Assembly (NCBI RefSeq): GCF_036379615.1
Contig: NZ_DASVGJ010000060.1
Span: 105,310-169,309, forward strand
Direction of reading: 5' to 3'
Origin: Brachybacterium sp.
GTDB taxonomy: Bacteria > Actinomycetota > Actinomycetes > Actinomycetales > Dermabacteraceae
DNA length: 64,000 nucleotides
The notes below the pieces were generated by a model. The model was given only the letters and a program-made list of their open reading frames with translations, did not search any database and was not told where the DNA came from. Below are positions 54,743-64,000 of the stretch, one piece after another (position 1 is the first letter of the stretch; each line of letters starts with the position of its first letter). The translations under genes were made by a program, and so were the position numbers.

Positions 54743-55552
54743 TCAGGCCCGGGCCGGCTCCGGCAGCTCGCGGCCGTTGAGCCGTTCGAACATGCCGAGC
54801 TCGAAGAGCAGCAGGAAGGGGACCAGGGCGAGGACGGTGACGACGAGCGATCCGGCGATCGAGCCGATGATGCCGATCACGAGGTAGGTCACGATCGAGT
54901 TCGCGAGGTTGTTCCTGACCAGCGAGACGCTCTGCCGGAGCGCGGCGACCGGGGAGGCCCCGCGGGCGGCGGCCGGGACCGCGAAGATCAGCAGCACGGA
55001 GGCGATGAGGCCCGGGATGTACAGCAGCAGCATGCCCACCAGCGTGATCGCTCCGACCAGGAGGGCGGTGAGGATGATGCGCAGCGGTCCCACGAAGGCC
55101 TGGCCGAGGCGCGGGCGACCTCCCTCGAGGACCACCTCGGCCGCGCGGGCGGACCCGGACTGCCACAGCAGGAAGAAGGGGGCGCTGAGCAGAGCCGCAC
55201 CGTAGAAGATCGCGAGGAACAGCAGCGTCGCCTCCAGCGGGGGCTCCTCGGAGGGGCCCAGCTCGGCGAGCATCGGGAACATCGCGACGACGCCGCCCAC
55301 GAAGCCGCCGACCAGGAGCACGGTGATGACGAGGCAGTAGACGAGGCCGACGACCAGGAAGGACACCCAGTTGCGCAGCAGGGCGCTGCCGGCGAACCGG
55401 AGGGCGGCACCGAGATCCGCGCCCAGATCCTGGCCGGGCCCGGGACGGGGCGGGGTCGCGCCGACGGGCCCTGGCATGCCGGAGCCGTCGGGAACAGGGG
55501 TGCCGTCGGGAACAGGGGCCGAAGCCGGGTACGGCGACGGGGGAACGGTCAT
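54743..55552 (-). CDS. Pro/Gly-rich integral membrane protein
   Basis: Pro-rich N-terminus; AALRFAGSALLRN...SVSLVRNN; multi-TM. Confidence 0.75.
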   Translation of the reverse strand: MTVPPSPYPASAPVPDGTPVPDGSGMPGPVGATPPRPGPGQDLGADLGAALRFAGSALLRNWVSFLVVGLVYCLVITVLLVGGFVGGVVAMFPMLAELGPSEEPPLEATLLFLAIFYGAALLSAPFFLLWQSGSARAAEVVLEGGRPRLGQAFVGPLRIILTALLVGAITLVGMLLLYIPGLIASVLLIFAVPAAARGASPVAALRQSVSLVRNNLANSIVTYLVIGIIGSIAGSLVVTVLALVPFLLLFELGMFERLNGRELPEPARA

Positions 55553-55818
55553 CGGGAGGGCTCTCTCGTGGCGCGTGAGCCGGTGCGTGCCGGCGGTCCT
55601 GGGCTGTCCCGCCCACAGTACGTGCCCGGAACCGTGGGACGGTGTCGTCCCACAGGAGGTGAGCGGTGCGCCACGGCAAGGCTCGGCACTCCGACGCAGT
55701 GTCGGGCCGAGGTCCCTAAGATGGACGCCGAAGGACCGGGACGCCCAGCGCCGCCGACCACCCCGTCGGCCGCCGCGGTCCCGCCCGGCTCGACTGTCAC
55801 CCGACCTGAGGAGAACAC

Positions 55819-57279
55819 ATGGCTAGCTTCGCTCCGTCCCCCGCCGATGTCGCGGACATCGGCGTCACCGGAATGGCGGTGATGGGCTCCAACCTGGCCC
55901 GCAACTTCGCCCGGAACGGCTTCAAGGTCGCGATCCACAACCGCTCCGTCCCCAAGACCGAGAAGGTCATCGCCGATCACGGCACGGACGGCGAGTTCTA
56001 CCCCTCGGAGTCCATGGCCGACTTCGTCGCCTCGCTGCAGAAGCCGCGCGTCGCGATCATCATGGTCAAGGCCGGCAAGCCCACCGACGCCGTCATCGAC
56101 GAGCTCGCCTCCCTCATGGAGGAGGGGGACATCATCGTCGACGCCGGCAATGCGCTGTTCGGCGACACCCGCCGCCGCGAGGCCGCGCTGCGCGAGAAGG
56201 GCCTGCACTTCGTGGGCTCCGGCGTCTCCGGTGGTGAGGAGGGCGCGCTGAACGGCCCCTCGATCATGCCCGGCGGCACCAAGGAGTCCTACGACCGCCT
56301 CGGCCCGATGTTCGAGAAGATCTCCGCCCATGTCGACGGCGTGCCCTGCTGCACCCACGTCGGCGCCGATGGTGCCGGCCACTTCGTGAAGATGGTCCAC
56401 AACGGCATCGAGTACGCGGACATGCAGGTCATCTCCGAGGCGTACGACCTGATGTCGAAGGCCCTCGGCATGGACGCCCCGGCCATCGGCGACGTCTTCG
56501 CCGAGTGGAACAAGGGCGACCTGGAGTCCTTCCTCATCGAGATCACCGCGGAGGTGCTCCACCACACCGACGCCACCTCCGGCAAGCCGTTCGTGGACGT
56601 CATCCTCGACCGCGCCGCCCAGAAGGGCACCGGCGCCTGGACCGTCCAGACGGCCCTGGACCTCGGCGTCCCGGTCACCGGTATCGCCGAGGCGACCTTC
56701 GCCCGCTCCACCTCGGGCTCGACCCCGCAGCGCGAGGCCGGCCGCAAGGTCCTGCCGGCCGAGGCGCAGACCCTCGAGATCGCCGACCCGGCGCAGTTCA
56801 TCGACGACCTCCAGAAGGCGCTCTACGCCGCGAAGCTGGTCTCGTACTCGCAGGGCTTCGACGAGATCGCCGCCGGTGCGGAGGAGTTCGGCTGGGACAT
56901 CGACCTGGGTGCGATGGCTCGGATCTGGCGCGGCGGCTGCATCATCCGCGCCCGCTTCCTCAACCGCATCACGGAGGCCTACGAGCGCGACGCGAAGCTC
57001 CCGCTGCTGCTGGCGGACGAGTACTTCACCACCGAGATCGCCAAGTGCATCCCGGCCTGGCGTCGGATCGTGGCCTTCGCCGCCTCGAGCGGCTACCCGG
57101 TCCCGGTGTTCTCCTCGACCCTGTCTTACTACGACGCGGTCCGCGCCGAGCGCCTCCCGGCCGCCCTGGTCCAGGCGCAGCGCGACTACTTCGGTGCGCA
57201 CACCTACCAGCGCGTCGACGCCGAGGGCACCTTCCACGTGGAGTGGAGCGAGGACCGCCGCGAGACCACGCAGGACTGA
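55819..57279 (+). CDS. gnd: NADP-dependent 6-phosphogluconate dehydrogenase (decarboxylating)
   Basis: GMAVMG, GVSGGEEGA, VKMVHNGIEY, QKGTG, QAQRDYFGAHTY; RBS GAGGAG. Confidence 0.97.
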   Translation: MASFAPSPADVADIGVTGMAVMGSNLARNFARNGFKVAIHNRSVPKTEKVIADHGTDGEFYPSESMADFVASLQKPRVAIIMVKAGKPTDAVIDELASLMEEGDIIVDAGNALFGDTRRREAALREKGLHFVGSGVSGGEEGALNGPSIMPGGTKESYDRLGPMFEKISAHVDGVPCCTHVGADGAGHFVKMVHNGIEYADMQVISEAYDLMSKALGMDAPAIGDVFAEWNKGDLESFLIEITAEVLHHTDATSGKPFVDVILDRAAQKGTGAWTVQTALDLGVPVTGIAEATFARSTSGSTPQREAGRKVLPAEAQTLEIADPAQFIDDLQKALYAAKLVSYSQGFDEIAAGAEEFGWDIDLGAMARIWRGGCIIRARFLNRITEAYERDAKLPLLLADEYFTTEIAKCIPAWRRIVAFAASSGYPVPVFSSTLSYYDAVRAERLPAALVQAQRDYFGAHTYQRVDAEGTFHVEWSEDRRETTQD

Positions 57280-57286
57280 TCGCTCA

Positions 57287-57362
57287 GGGCGGGGTGCTCG
57301 CCCGCACCCCGCCCCGCGGACGACGAAGGCCCCGGACCAGCAGGTCCGGGGCCTTCGCCGTC
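57287..57362. terminator. Double hairpin terminator after gnd
   Basis: Stems 57287-57297/57304-57314 (11 bp) and 57324-57338/57343-57357 (15 bp). Confidence 0.8.
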
Positions 57363-57374
57363 TGGAGCGGCTCG

Positions 57375-57638
57375 TCACATACCGCTGGACGCGGCGACGC
57401 CGATGAGCACTGCGTAGAGGATGCCGACGATCACGTACAGCACGACGACGACGATCGTGATGATCATGGCGATCTTGGTGAACTTCTTCGCCGTCTCCGG
57501 CTCCTGGTCCGCCTTGAGGTAGCCGAGCAGGCCGAACACGCCGGCGATGACGCCACCGCAGATGAAGCCGACGATCGTCCAGATCAGTGCCTTCTTCTTG
57601 ATGGCCTCGATGTCGTGGCCCGAGGTGGGTACGGTCAT
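57375..57638 (-). CDS. Small two-TM membrane protein (DUF4190/CD225-like)
   Basis: 87 aa; IWTIVGFICGGVIAGVFG...AKKFTKIAMII; SD GAAGGGGA. Confidence 0.7.
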   Translation of the reverse strand: MTVPTSGHDIEAIKKKALIWTIVGFICGGVIAGVFGLLGYLKADQEPETAKKFTKIAMIITIVVVVLYVIVGILYAVLIGVAASSGM

Positions 57639-57801
57639 GGGAATCCCCTTCTTCCTGATGATCGAGCTCCGAGGGCGCTGGTGCCCCCGAACCCAGGTCG
57701 GGTGTTCTCGTGTGTCCGGTCCTGGCGTGCCGAATCATATCCCGATCCAGGGGGATCCACGCCATGGGGAGCACTCCCCATGACCGATGTGCATCAAGAG
57801 G

Positions 57802-59961
57802 TCAGCCCAGCGTCACCCGGTGGACCAGCACGGTGAACTCCTCGTCGCCCGCGGCGTCGCGGGCGCGCAGCCGCCCGCCCTCGAGGGAGAGGGGAAGGGC
57901 CCGCTTGACCACCACGCCTCCGCGACCGTCGACGATCCCCAGCGGGATCTCCTCGCCACGGGCGATCGCGTCGAGCAGGCGGTCGGTGACGGAGAGGTCG
58001 GCCCCGCCCTCCTCGGCGGCGCGCAGTCGAGCGACGGCCTCGGCGGCGGGTACGCGCAGCTCCGGCCCGTCGATGGTGACCAGGTCGGGCTCCACGGGAC
58101 CGCCGCGCAGCGCATGGGTGAGCTCCTCCGCGACTGGCTTCCCGTCGGCTCCCACCGCCTGCGGGGACAGCCCGGCCAGGCGGGCGGTCTGGAGGGCGAA
58201 GCCGGGATCGGTGAGGGTGACGGCGACGGTGGGGGCCAGGCGGTGCAGGCCCAGAGCGGCCGCCTCGGGGGCGGCCTGCAGCAGATCGAGGACCTCGGCC
58301 TCGGCAGTCAGCACGGTGGTGGCACGGGAGACCTGGACCCGGCCGTGGCGTCGCTGCTCATCCCGCAGCAGATAGGTGAGCGACTGCGGGACGGGGGAGC
58401 GGGAGACCTCCGCCAGCAGGGACAGCAGCGCTTCGCCGTCACGTCCGTCGGCCAGGGCGCGGCGCACCGAGGCCGCGGTGAAGCGCAGGGTGAGCGCCCC
58501 GCCGCGGGAGACCGGCTCCGTCCAGTCCAGCAGCACCAGCAGGCGCTCCGCGGGCCGGCCGGGGATCACCACCGTGAGGTCCGCATCCAGCAGCACCTCC
58601 TGGACCGGTGGCGGGGCGGCCGCCTCGAGCGCGGCCGCGAGACGGTCATCGGCACTGGTGACATCCTCGTCCAGGGCGAGCACCAGCTCCTGGCCGAGCA
58701 CGCTGAGAGCCCCGCCGTCGAGCACTCCCAGCACCTCGCCCTCGGCGAGCAGCGCGGAGGTCTCCTCCTGGATCACCTCCGCCGGGACCAGGGGAAACGC
58801 CCAGGCGAGCGCCGCAGCGAGGGAGTCCTCGGTGGCGTCGACGGAGGGGGAGGTGCGCAGCACGCGCAGCAGGCTGCCGCGGCGGGTGCGCACCCCGTCC
58901 CGGCGGGTGAGGTCCGAGAGCAGGGAACGGCCGGCGCCGGAGGAGTCCGGGGTGCCGACCACCGCGGCCAGGTGGTGCCCGCGCGCCCAGGCGAGGACGA
59001 GCTCCGCCCAGCGTCTCTCCGCGGGCAGCCGACGATGCGAGTCCCAGTCCCGGGTGGGGCGCCACTCCTGGCCGTCGTGCCCGATCAGCCCCGCCTGCCA
59101 GGCGGACTGCAGCACGGTCGCCAGGGAGATCACGGGGGTGCCGGCACGGTCGGCCATCCGCCGCAGATCCCGCTGGGGCAGCCCGCCGCGGCGCAGCACC
59201 CCGGGCGGGTCCTCGTCGAACCCCCGGACGGTGCCCAGCAGGCGCAGCGCCTCGAAGGCGCGCTCGACCGCCTGGGCGGTGCGCGAGCCGGGGATCCGCT
59301 CGGTGCGGTCGGGACCGGTGGGGAGCGGCCGCTGGGCCGCGTGGCTCCGCCGCACCCGTCCATCGCGCAGGGCGAGGTGGAGCGGGCGGGGGAGGTGCAG
59401 CGCCTCGCCGTCGGCCACCACGATCCCGGCGTCCAGCAGCTCCGCGGCGAGCCGGCCGGTGCCGGTGACCGTCGCGGGCCCCCAGGTGAGCGCCTCGAGC
59501 GCCTCCGCATGCGTGCGGCGGGCTCGCTCCACACGGCGGGCGGACTCCTCGGCCGACGGGTCCTCGGGGGAGGGTGCGGCCAGGCCCGCCGGGGTGCGCA
59601 GCCCGTCCCGCAGCGGACGGATCAGGGACATCTCGTCCTCGCCCCACACCAGGGCGAGGGTGATCAGACGTTCGAGCGCCGGAGCGATCGTGGCCGGGTC
59701 GGAGGAGACGGCGGCCGCCAGCTGAGCGGGGGAGCTGCGATCCTCGAGCACCGCGAGGGCCTCCACGAGGTGCAGCTCGGGCAGGGTCAGCGCCTCCAGG
59801 GCCCGCCGGGCGGAGGTGGCACCGCCGGCGCGGGCCGCGAGCGGTCCGATCCCGCGGGGCAGGGGCGAGGCGAGGTCCGGTCGGGCGACGAACAGGGCCT
59901 CGAGCCGGTCGTCGCCGAACCGTCGCAGGGAGTCCGCGAGGGACCGGATCACAGCGGTCAT
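57802..59961 (-). CDS. XPB-associated helicase-domain protein (Rv0862c-like)
   Basis: LFVARPDL, GVLRRGGL, LLDADLTVVIPG, FTAASVRRAL, VPQSLTYLLRDEQRRHG; start could be 59976. Confidence 0.85.
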   Translation of the reverse strand: MTAVIRSLADSLRRFGDDRLEALFVARPDLASPLPRGIGPLAARAGGATSARRALEALTLPELHLVEALAVLEDRSSPAQLAAAVSSDPATIAPALERLITLALVWGEDEMSLIRPLRDGLRTPAGLAAPSPEDPSAEESARRVERARRTHAEALEALTWGPATVTGTGRLAAELLDAGIVVADGEALHLPRPLHLALRDGRVRRSHAAQRPLPTGPDRTERIPGSRTAQAVERAFEALRLLGTVRGFDEDPPGVLRRGGLPQRDLRRMADRAGTPVISLATVLQSAWQAGLIGHDGQEWRPTRDWDSHRRLPAERRWAELVLAWARGHHLAAVVGTPDSSGAGRSLLSDLTRRDGVRTRRGSLLRVLRTSPSVDATEDSLAAALAWAFPLVPAEVIQEETSALLAEGEVLGVLDGGALSVLGQELVLALDEDVTSADDRLAAALEAAAPPPVQEVLLDADLTVVIPGRPAERLLVLLDWTEPVSRGGALTLRFTAASVRRALADGRDGEALLSLLAEVSRSPVPQSLTYLLRDEQRRHGRVQVSRATTVLTAEAEVLDLLQAAPEAAALGLHRLAPTVAVTLTDPGFALQTARLAGLSPQAVGADGKPVAEELTHALRGGPVEPDLVTIDGPELRVPAAEAVARLRAAEEGGADLSVTDRLLDAIARGEEIPLGIVDGRGGVVVKRALPLSLEGGRLRARDAAGDEEFTVLVHRVTLG

Positions 59962-60022
59962 GATGCCTTCCAGCATAGGGTGATCCGCTGTGAGGTCCCG
60001 GAGCGCATCCGCCCCGCTCCTC

Positions 60023-60096
60023 GCCCCCATAGCCCAATCGGCAGAGGCGGCCGACTTAAAATCGGCACAGTCCGGGTTCGAGTCCCGGTGGGGGCA
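60023..60096 (+). tRNA. tRNA-Leu (anticodon UAA), 74 nt, short variable loop, CCA not encoded
   Basis: Acceptor GCCCCCA/TGGGGGC plus discriminator A; anticodon stem GCCGA/TCGGC with loop CTTAAAA; T-arm CCGGG-TTCGAGT-CCCGG. Confidence 0.93.
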
Positions 60097-60124
60097 CGGC
60101 GGCAGGTCGGCCACAATGGTGGCC

Positions 60125-60919
60125 ATGACCTCCTCCGCCGACGACACGATCCCGATGAGCTCTGATGGCTCGACCGGCCCAGCCGGCCCAGCTGCTGACC
60201 CGCGCCCGCAGCTCGCCGCCCGACTCGACGAGGTGCTCGCCCGACTCGATGCCGCCGCCGAGCGCGTCGGCCGAGACAGCCGGGAGATCGCCGTGCTGCT
60301 GGCCACCAAGACCCGCACCCCGGAGGAGATCGCCGCGGCGGTGGAGCTGCTGCGCGCGCGGGATCGACGGATCGCGGTCGGCGAGAACCGGGCTCAGGAG
60401 ATCGCCAAGCACGCCGATCCGCTGCTGGTGGACAACGGCGTGCCCCGCCACTTCATCGGCCGGCTGCAGACTAACAAGGCCCGAGACGTGGTCGCCTTCG
60501 CCGAGATGATCCAGAGCGTGGATCGTGAGGGGATCGCCGACGCGCTCGAGCGCCGCGCCGAGGCGGCGGGCGTGCGGCGGGACGTGCTGGTCCAGGTCAA
60601 CACCTCCGGCGAGGAGTCCAAAGGCGGATTCGCTCCCACCGTGGAGGAGCTCGCCCCGATCGTGGAGCGGCTGCGGGGCAGCGAGGTGCTGCGGCCCGTC
60701 GGCCTGATGACGATCGGCGCCAACACCAGCGACGCCACCGCCGTGCGCGCCTCCCTGCGCCGGCTGCGGGAGCTGCGTGACGCCCTGCGCGAGCAGCTCG
60801 GGGCTCCCGAGCTCACCGAGCTGTCGATGGGCATGAGCGGAGACCTCGAGATTGCGGTGGAGGAGGGAGCGAGCATCGTCCGGCTCGGCTCGGCCGTCTT
60901 CGGCGCCCGCCCCAGCTGA
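60125..60919 (+). CDS. yggS: YggS-family pyridoxal phosphate homeostasis protein (PLPBP)
   Basis: LLATKT, GENRAQE, HFIGRLQTNK, QVNTSGEESKGG, GLMTI, LSMGMSGD, VRLGSAVFG. Confidence 0.95.
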   Translation: MTSSADDTIPMSSDGSTGPAGPAADPRPQLAARLDEVLARLDAAAERVGRDSREIAVLLATKTRTPEEIAAAVELLRARDRRIAVGENRAQEIAKHADPLLVDNGVPRHFIGRLQTNKARDVVAFAEMIQSVDREGIADALERRAEAAGVRRDVLVQVNTSGEESKGGFAPTVEELAPIVERLRGSEVLRPVGLMTIGANTSDATAVRASLRRLRELRDALREQLGAPELTELSMGMSGDLEIAVEEGASIVRLGSAVFGARPS

Positions 60920-60933
60920 GCTCTGCCCGAGGC

Positions 60934-62043
60934 CTATCCCGCGCCGGGGCCCACCAGCGCGGTCGGCAGGCCGTATTCGTCCTCGAGCACCTGGCAGGCG
61001 GCGCCGGCGGCGATCAGGTCCACGCCGCGGGTGGACAGCAGCACCTCGACGTGCCCCCGTGCCTCGGCCCGCAGGCCGTCGTCCAGCGCCCGGCGCACAG
61101 CCTCCATCGTCACCTGATGGTGGGCGTAGACGGAACGGCCGCCGAGCACCACCCGATCCACGTCGACCAGGCGCACCAGGTCCAGCACCACGGTGGCGAG
61201 CACCCTCGCGGCGCGCTCGGGGTCCTCATGGGCGAGCGCGGCGAGGTACTCGCTCTGCGCGCAGCCTCGCCGGCCGCACTCGCAGGGCAGGCCGTCCATC
61301 TGCACGACCATGTGCCCGGCCTCCCCGGCCTGGGCGTGCGCGCCCCGCACGATCGACCCGTCCAGGCGCAGGCTCGCCCCCAGCCCCTCCTCGGCGAGCA
61401 CCAGAGCGGCGTTGTCGAGCAGCCCCGGCTGGGACCAGCTCTCGCCCACCAGCGCCGCCCGGGAGTCGTGGTCCAGGTGCACGGGCAGGCCGAGCTCCTC
61501 GAGCAGCAGATCGCGCAGCGGAGCCCCGCGCCAGGCGGTGACGGGGGAGAGGGACCCCAGGTAGACGCCCTCGACGGGATCGACGGGTCCCGGCATCCCG
61601 ACCCCCACGCCCAGCAGCTCCCCGGGCCCGTGCCGGGAGAGCTCCCGGGCGGAGCGTGCGAGGGTGGTGATGAGGCTCGGCACCGGCTGCTCGTGGTCGA
61701 TCTCCACGGTGTGCCGTGCGAGCACCTGGCCCGTGAGGTCGGCCACCACCCCGTGCAGTCGGGAGCGGGTCAGATGCAGTCCGATCGCACGGCGCGACTC
61801 GGGGACGATCCGGTACAGGGTGGTGGGCTTGCCCGGCCCGGAGGAGAAGGACCCGACCTCCGCCATCAGACCGCGGTCGATCAGCCGGGTGAGGATCTTC
61901 GAGATCGCCTGGGGCGTGACCTGCAGGGCTGCGGCGAGGCCCGTGCGTGCCACCGGCTCCCCGCGACGGGCGACGGCGAGCAGAGCGGCGTCATGGGCGC
62001 CTGCCACGCGGTCGAGGGGTCCGGTCGGTCTCACGGCGCTCAT
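60934..62043 (-). CDS. ROK-family transcriptional repressor
   Basis: N-terminal HTH, GVGMPG, GEAGHM, CECGRRGC; SD GGGAGG. Confidence 0.92.
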   Translation of the reverse strand: MSAVRPTGPLDRVAGAHDAALLAVARRGEPVARTGLAAALQVTPQAISKILTRLIDRGLMAEVGSFSSGPGKPTTLYRIVPESRRAIGLHLTRSRLHGVVADLTGQVLARHTVEIDHEQPVPSLITTLARSARELSRHGPGELLGVGVGMPGPVDPVEGVYLGSLSPVTAWRGAPLRDLLLEELGLPVHLDHDSRAALVGESWSQPGLLDNAALVLAEEGLGASLRLDGSIVRGAHAQAGEAGHMVVQMDGLPCECGRRGCAQSEYLAALAHEDPERAARVLATVVLDLVRLVDVDRVVLGGRSVYAHHQVTMEAVRRALDDGLRAEARGHVEVLLSTRGVDLIAAGAACQVLEDEYGLPTALVGPGAG

Positions 62044-62203
62044 CCTCCCACGGCCGCCCACGGCCGCTCGCTCAGCAGCGCATGCTCCCTGTGACACGGA
62101 TCGTCCCACCCGCCCTTGACGTATCGCAACAGCGTTGTCTTATCGTGGTCCCTCGGTCGATGACGCCCTCCTGACACTGACTCCCGATCATCGAGGACCC
62201 TTC

Positions 62204-63625
62204 ATGATCCGCACCGTCCGATTCCGCCCGCTCCCGCCCCCGGAGCCGGCCGCCGCCGCGGCCGACGACTCCGCGCCCCACCAGCTCTCCGCGCGCCGCC
62301 GCACCTTCGCCCTGCTCGCTCTCGCCCTCGGCGGCATGGGCATCGGCGCCTCCGAGTTCGCGACCATGGGCCTGCTGCCGGGCATCGCGGACGGACTGCT
62401 CAGCACCCAGATGGACACCGATCCGGAAGCAGGCATCGCCCGCGCCGGTGGGCTGATCACCGCCTACGCGCTCGGCGTGGTGGTCGGAGCACCCGTCCTC
62501 GCCCTGCTGTCGGTGCGCTGGAGCCGCACCACGATGATCACGGCCCTGGCCATCGCCCTCGCGGCCGGGACCGTGCTGTCCGCGGCGATGCCCACCTTCG
62601 AGCTCACCGTGCTCGCCCGCTTCCTCGCCGGAGTGCCCCACGGCGCCTACTTCGGGGTCGCCTCGTTGCTGGCCGCCTCCCTCATGGGACCGGGCAGTCA
62701 GGGCAAGGGCGTCGCCGTGGCGCTGTCGGGGCTGACCGTCGCGAACCTCGTCGGCGTGCCGCTCATGACGGCGCTCGGGCAGGTCGCCGGCTGGCGCGTG
62801 GTCTACCTGGTGATCGCCGGGATCTTCCTGGTCACCGTGTTCGCCCTCCGCTGGGCCGTCCCTGCCCAGCCCGCGGTCCCCGGCCGTCGTGCCGTCGACG
62901 AGATCGTGGCCCTGCGCCGGGTGCAGCTGTGGGTGGTCATGGGCATCGCGGCGGTGGGATTCGCCGGCGGTTTCGCCGTGTTCAGCTACGTCGCCGACAT
63001 CACCACCCAGGTCTCCGGCGCCTCCGCCTCCCTGGTCCCGTGGGTGCTCGCCTCGGCGGGCCTCGGCATGACCCTGGGCAACATCCTGGGCGGCGTGACC
63101 ACCGACCGCTCCCTGCGCGGCACCCTGCTGGTGGGCTTCCCGCTCTACATCGCGGCGCTGGTGGGCCTGTTCCTCGCCGCTCCGGGATCGCTGGCCGGCC
63201 TGCTGATCGGCTTCTTCGCGGTCAACGTCGGCAGCTCCGCGCTCGGCCCCGCGCTGCAGACCTGGCTGATCCGAGTGGCCCATCGCTCCGAGGTGCTCGG
63301 CGCCTCGCTGAACCATGCCGCGTTCAACGTCGCCAACGCGCTCGGCGCGGCCCTCGGCGGGGCTGTGATCGCCGGCGGGCTCGGCTTCCGGGCGCCGATG
63401 GTGGTCGCGATCATGCTGGCGAGCATGGGCTTCCTCCTCGTCGTCGGGGCTCTGCTGGCGCTGCAGCTGCGCGCACGGCGCACCCGGGCCGTGCTGCGCG
63501 AGCACGAGGAGACCTACACCGGGCAGATCCCCGCGGTCGACCCGGAGCTGGCCGAGGCTGATCGCACCACTTCCGCCCCCAGCACCAGCACCACCGGCTC
63601 GATGCCCGTGCTGATCGTCTCCTGA
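62204..63625 (+). CDS. MFS transporter (DHA1 / arabinose-efflux-like)
   Basis: GASEF..MGLLP, TAYALG, ARFLAG, AFNVANALG; ATG 62204 with GAGGA SD. Confidence 0.93.
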   Translation: MIRTVRFRPLPPPEPAAAAADDSAPHQLSARRRTFALLALALGGMGIGASEFATMGLLPGIADGLLSTQMDTDPEAGIARAGGLITAYALGVVVGAPVLALLSVRWSRTTMITALAIALAAGTVLSAAMPTFELTVLARFLAGVPHGAYFGVASLLAASLMGPGSQGKGVAVALSGLTVANLVGVPLMTALGQVAGWRVVYLVIAGIFLVTVFALRWAVPAQPAVPGRRAVDEIVALRRVQLWVVMGIAAVGFAGGFAVFSYVADITTQVSGASASLVPWVLASAGLGMTLGNILGGVTTDRSLRGTLLVGFPLYIAALVGLFLAAPGSLAGLLIGFFAVNVGSSALGPALQTWLIRVAHRSEVLGASLNHAAFNVANALGAALGGAVIAGGLGFRAPMVVAIMLASMGFLLVVGALLALQLRARRTRAVLREHEETYTGQIPAVDPELAEADRTTSAPSTSTTGSMPVLIVS

Positions 63626-63745
63626 GTCCCGGGCGGGTCGGTCGCGCCGCGTGAGCCGCCGCCGTCATAAACGGTCATGGGCCTTCGGGGTACGGCGTGG
63701 GGCGGTCCTACTGTGGTGGGGACGCCACCGACCCCAGGAGAGCCC

Positions 63746-64000
63746 GTGCACATCCAGACCGCCGCCGTGCATACCCTGAAGGACCTCGCGCACGGCGCCG
63801 TGGTCCCTCCGGTGCACCTCTCCTCGACCTTCGAGCTGGACCGCGCGAGCGAGGACGGTCAGTACGCCTATCAGCGCGGCGCCAATCCCACCCGTGCGCA
63901 GCTCGAGACGGTGCTCGCCGCCCTCGAGGGCGCCGCGCACGGTTTCGCCTTCGCCTCCGGGATGGCCGCGACCGCCGCCTCGCTGTCCACCCTGAGCGTC
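63746..64000 (+). CDS. PLP-dependent trans-sulfuration enzyme (cystathionine gamma-synthase/lyase), 5' part
   Basis: Manual translation from GTG 63746 (SD AGGAG): MHIQTAAVH...PPVHLSSTF...YQRGANPTRAQLE..LAALEG...FASGMAA; absent from the ORF track because it runs off the window. Confidence 0.9.
   Translation, partial: MHIQTAAVHTLKDLAHGAVVPPVHLSSTFELDRASEDGQYAYQRGANPTRAQLETVLAALEGAAHGFAFASGMAATAASLSTLSV

Noticed and set aside
60023-60096. tRNA as an integration site for an island or prophage
   Set aside because: No duplicated tRNA 3' end and no integrase seen in the window
63626-63745. SAM-IV/SAM-I riboswitch before the trans-sulfuration gene (also looked upstream of the SAM hydrolase)
   Set aside because: Only a GGTCATG fragment matches; the remaining conserved core and adequate length are absent

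Overview
This is a high-GC actinobacterial chromosomal segment. Gene content and style suggest Micrococcales, probably Brachybacterium-like, which is an inference. It runs from the 3' end of groEL to the 5' end of a cystathionine gamma-synthase/lyase gene and holds about 55 supportable CDSs plus one tRNA-Leu(UAA). No transposase, integrase, rRNA or CRISPR array is visible. Most long ORFs in the six-frame track are antisense or alternate-frame shadows of real genes. Best candidate for an undescribed system: a ~12.5 kb catabolic cluster (3.0-15.5 kb) with two HisD/HpsN-type dehydrogenase paralogues, a sugar-type ABC importer, SDR, HpcH aldolase, alpha/beta hydrolase, double-SnoaL protein, bicupin and nitrilase-family enzyme. 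Three copies of one LacI-type palindrome (TGYATRCGYATRCA) lie in the upstream regions of its three transcription units. Other highlights: (1) a secreted PETase/cutinase-type polyester hydrolase with a divergent TetR, bracketed by ~100 bp direct repeats of the post-groEL double hairpin; (2) an HNH/DUF222 gene preceded by an SOS-like box, DnaA-like boxes and an 8-bp tandem array; (3) an RNase HI-NTF2-like fusion; (4) a SAM hydrolase/ECF operon; (5) an amber-interrupted luciferase-like monooxygenase; (6) a tRNA-Leu with no long variable arm. All family calls come from motif recognition by eye; no database searches were run.
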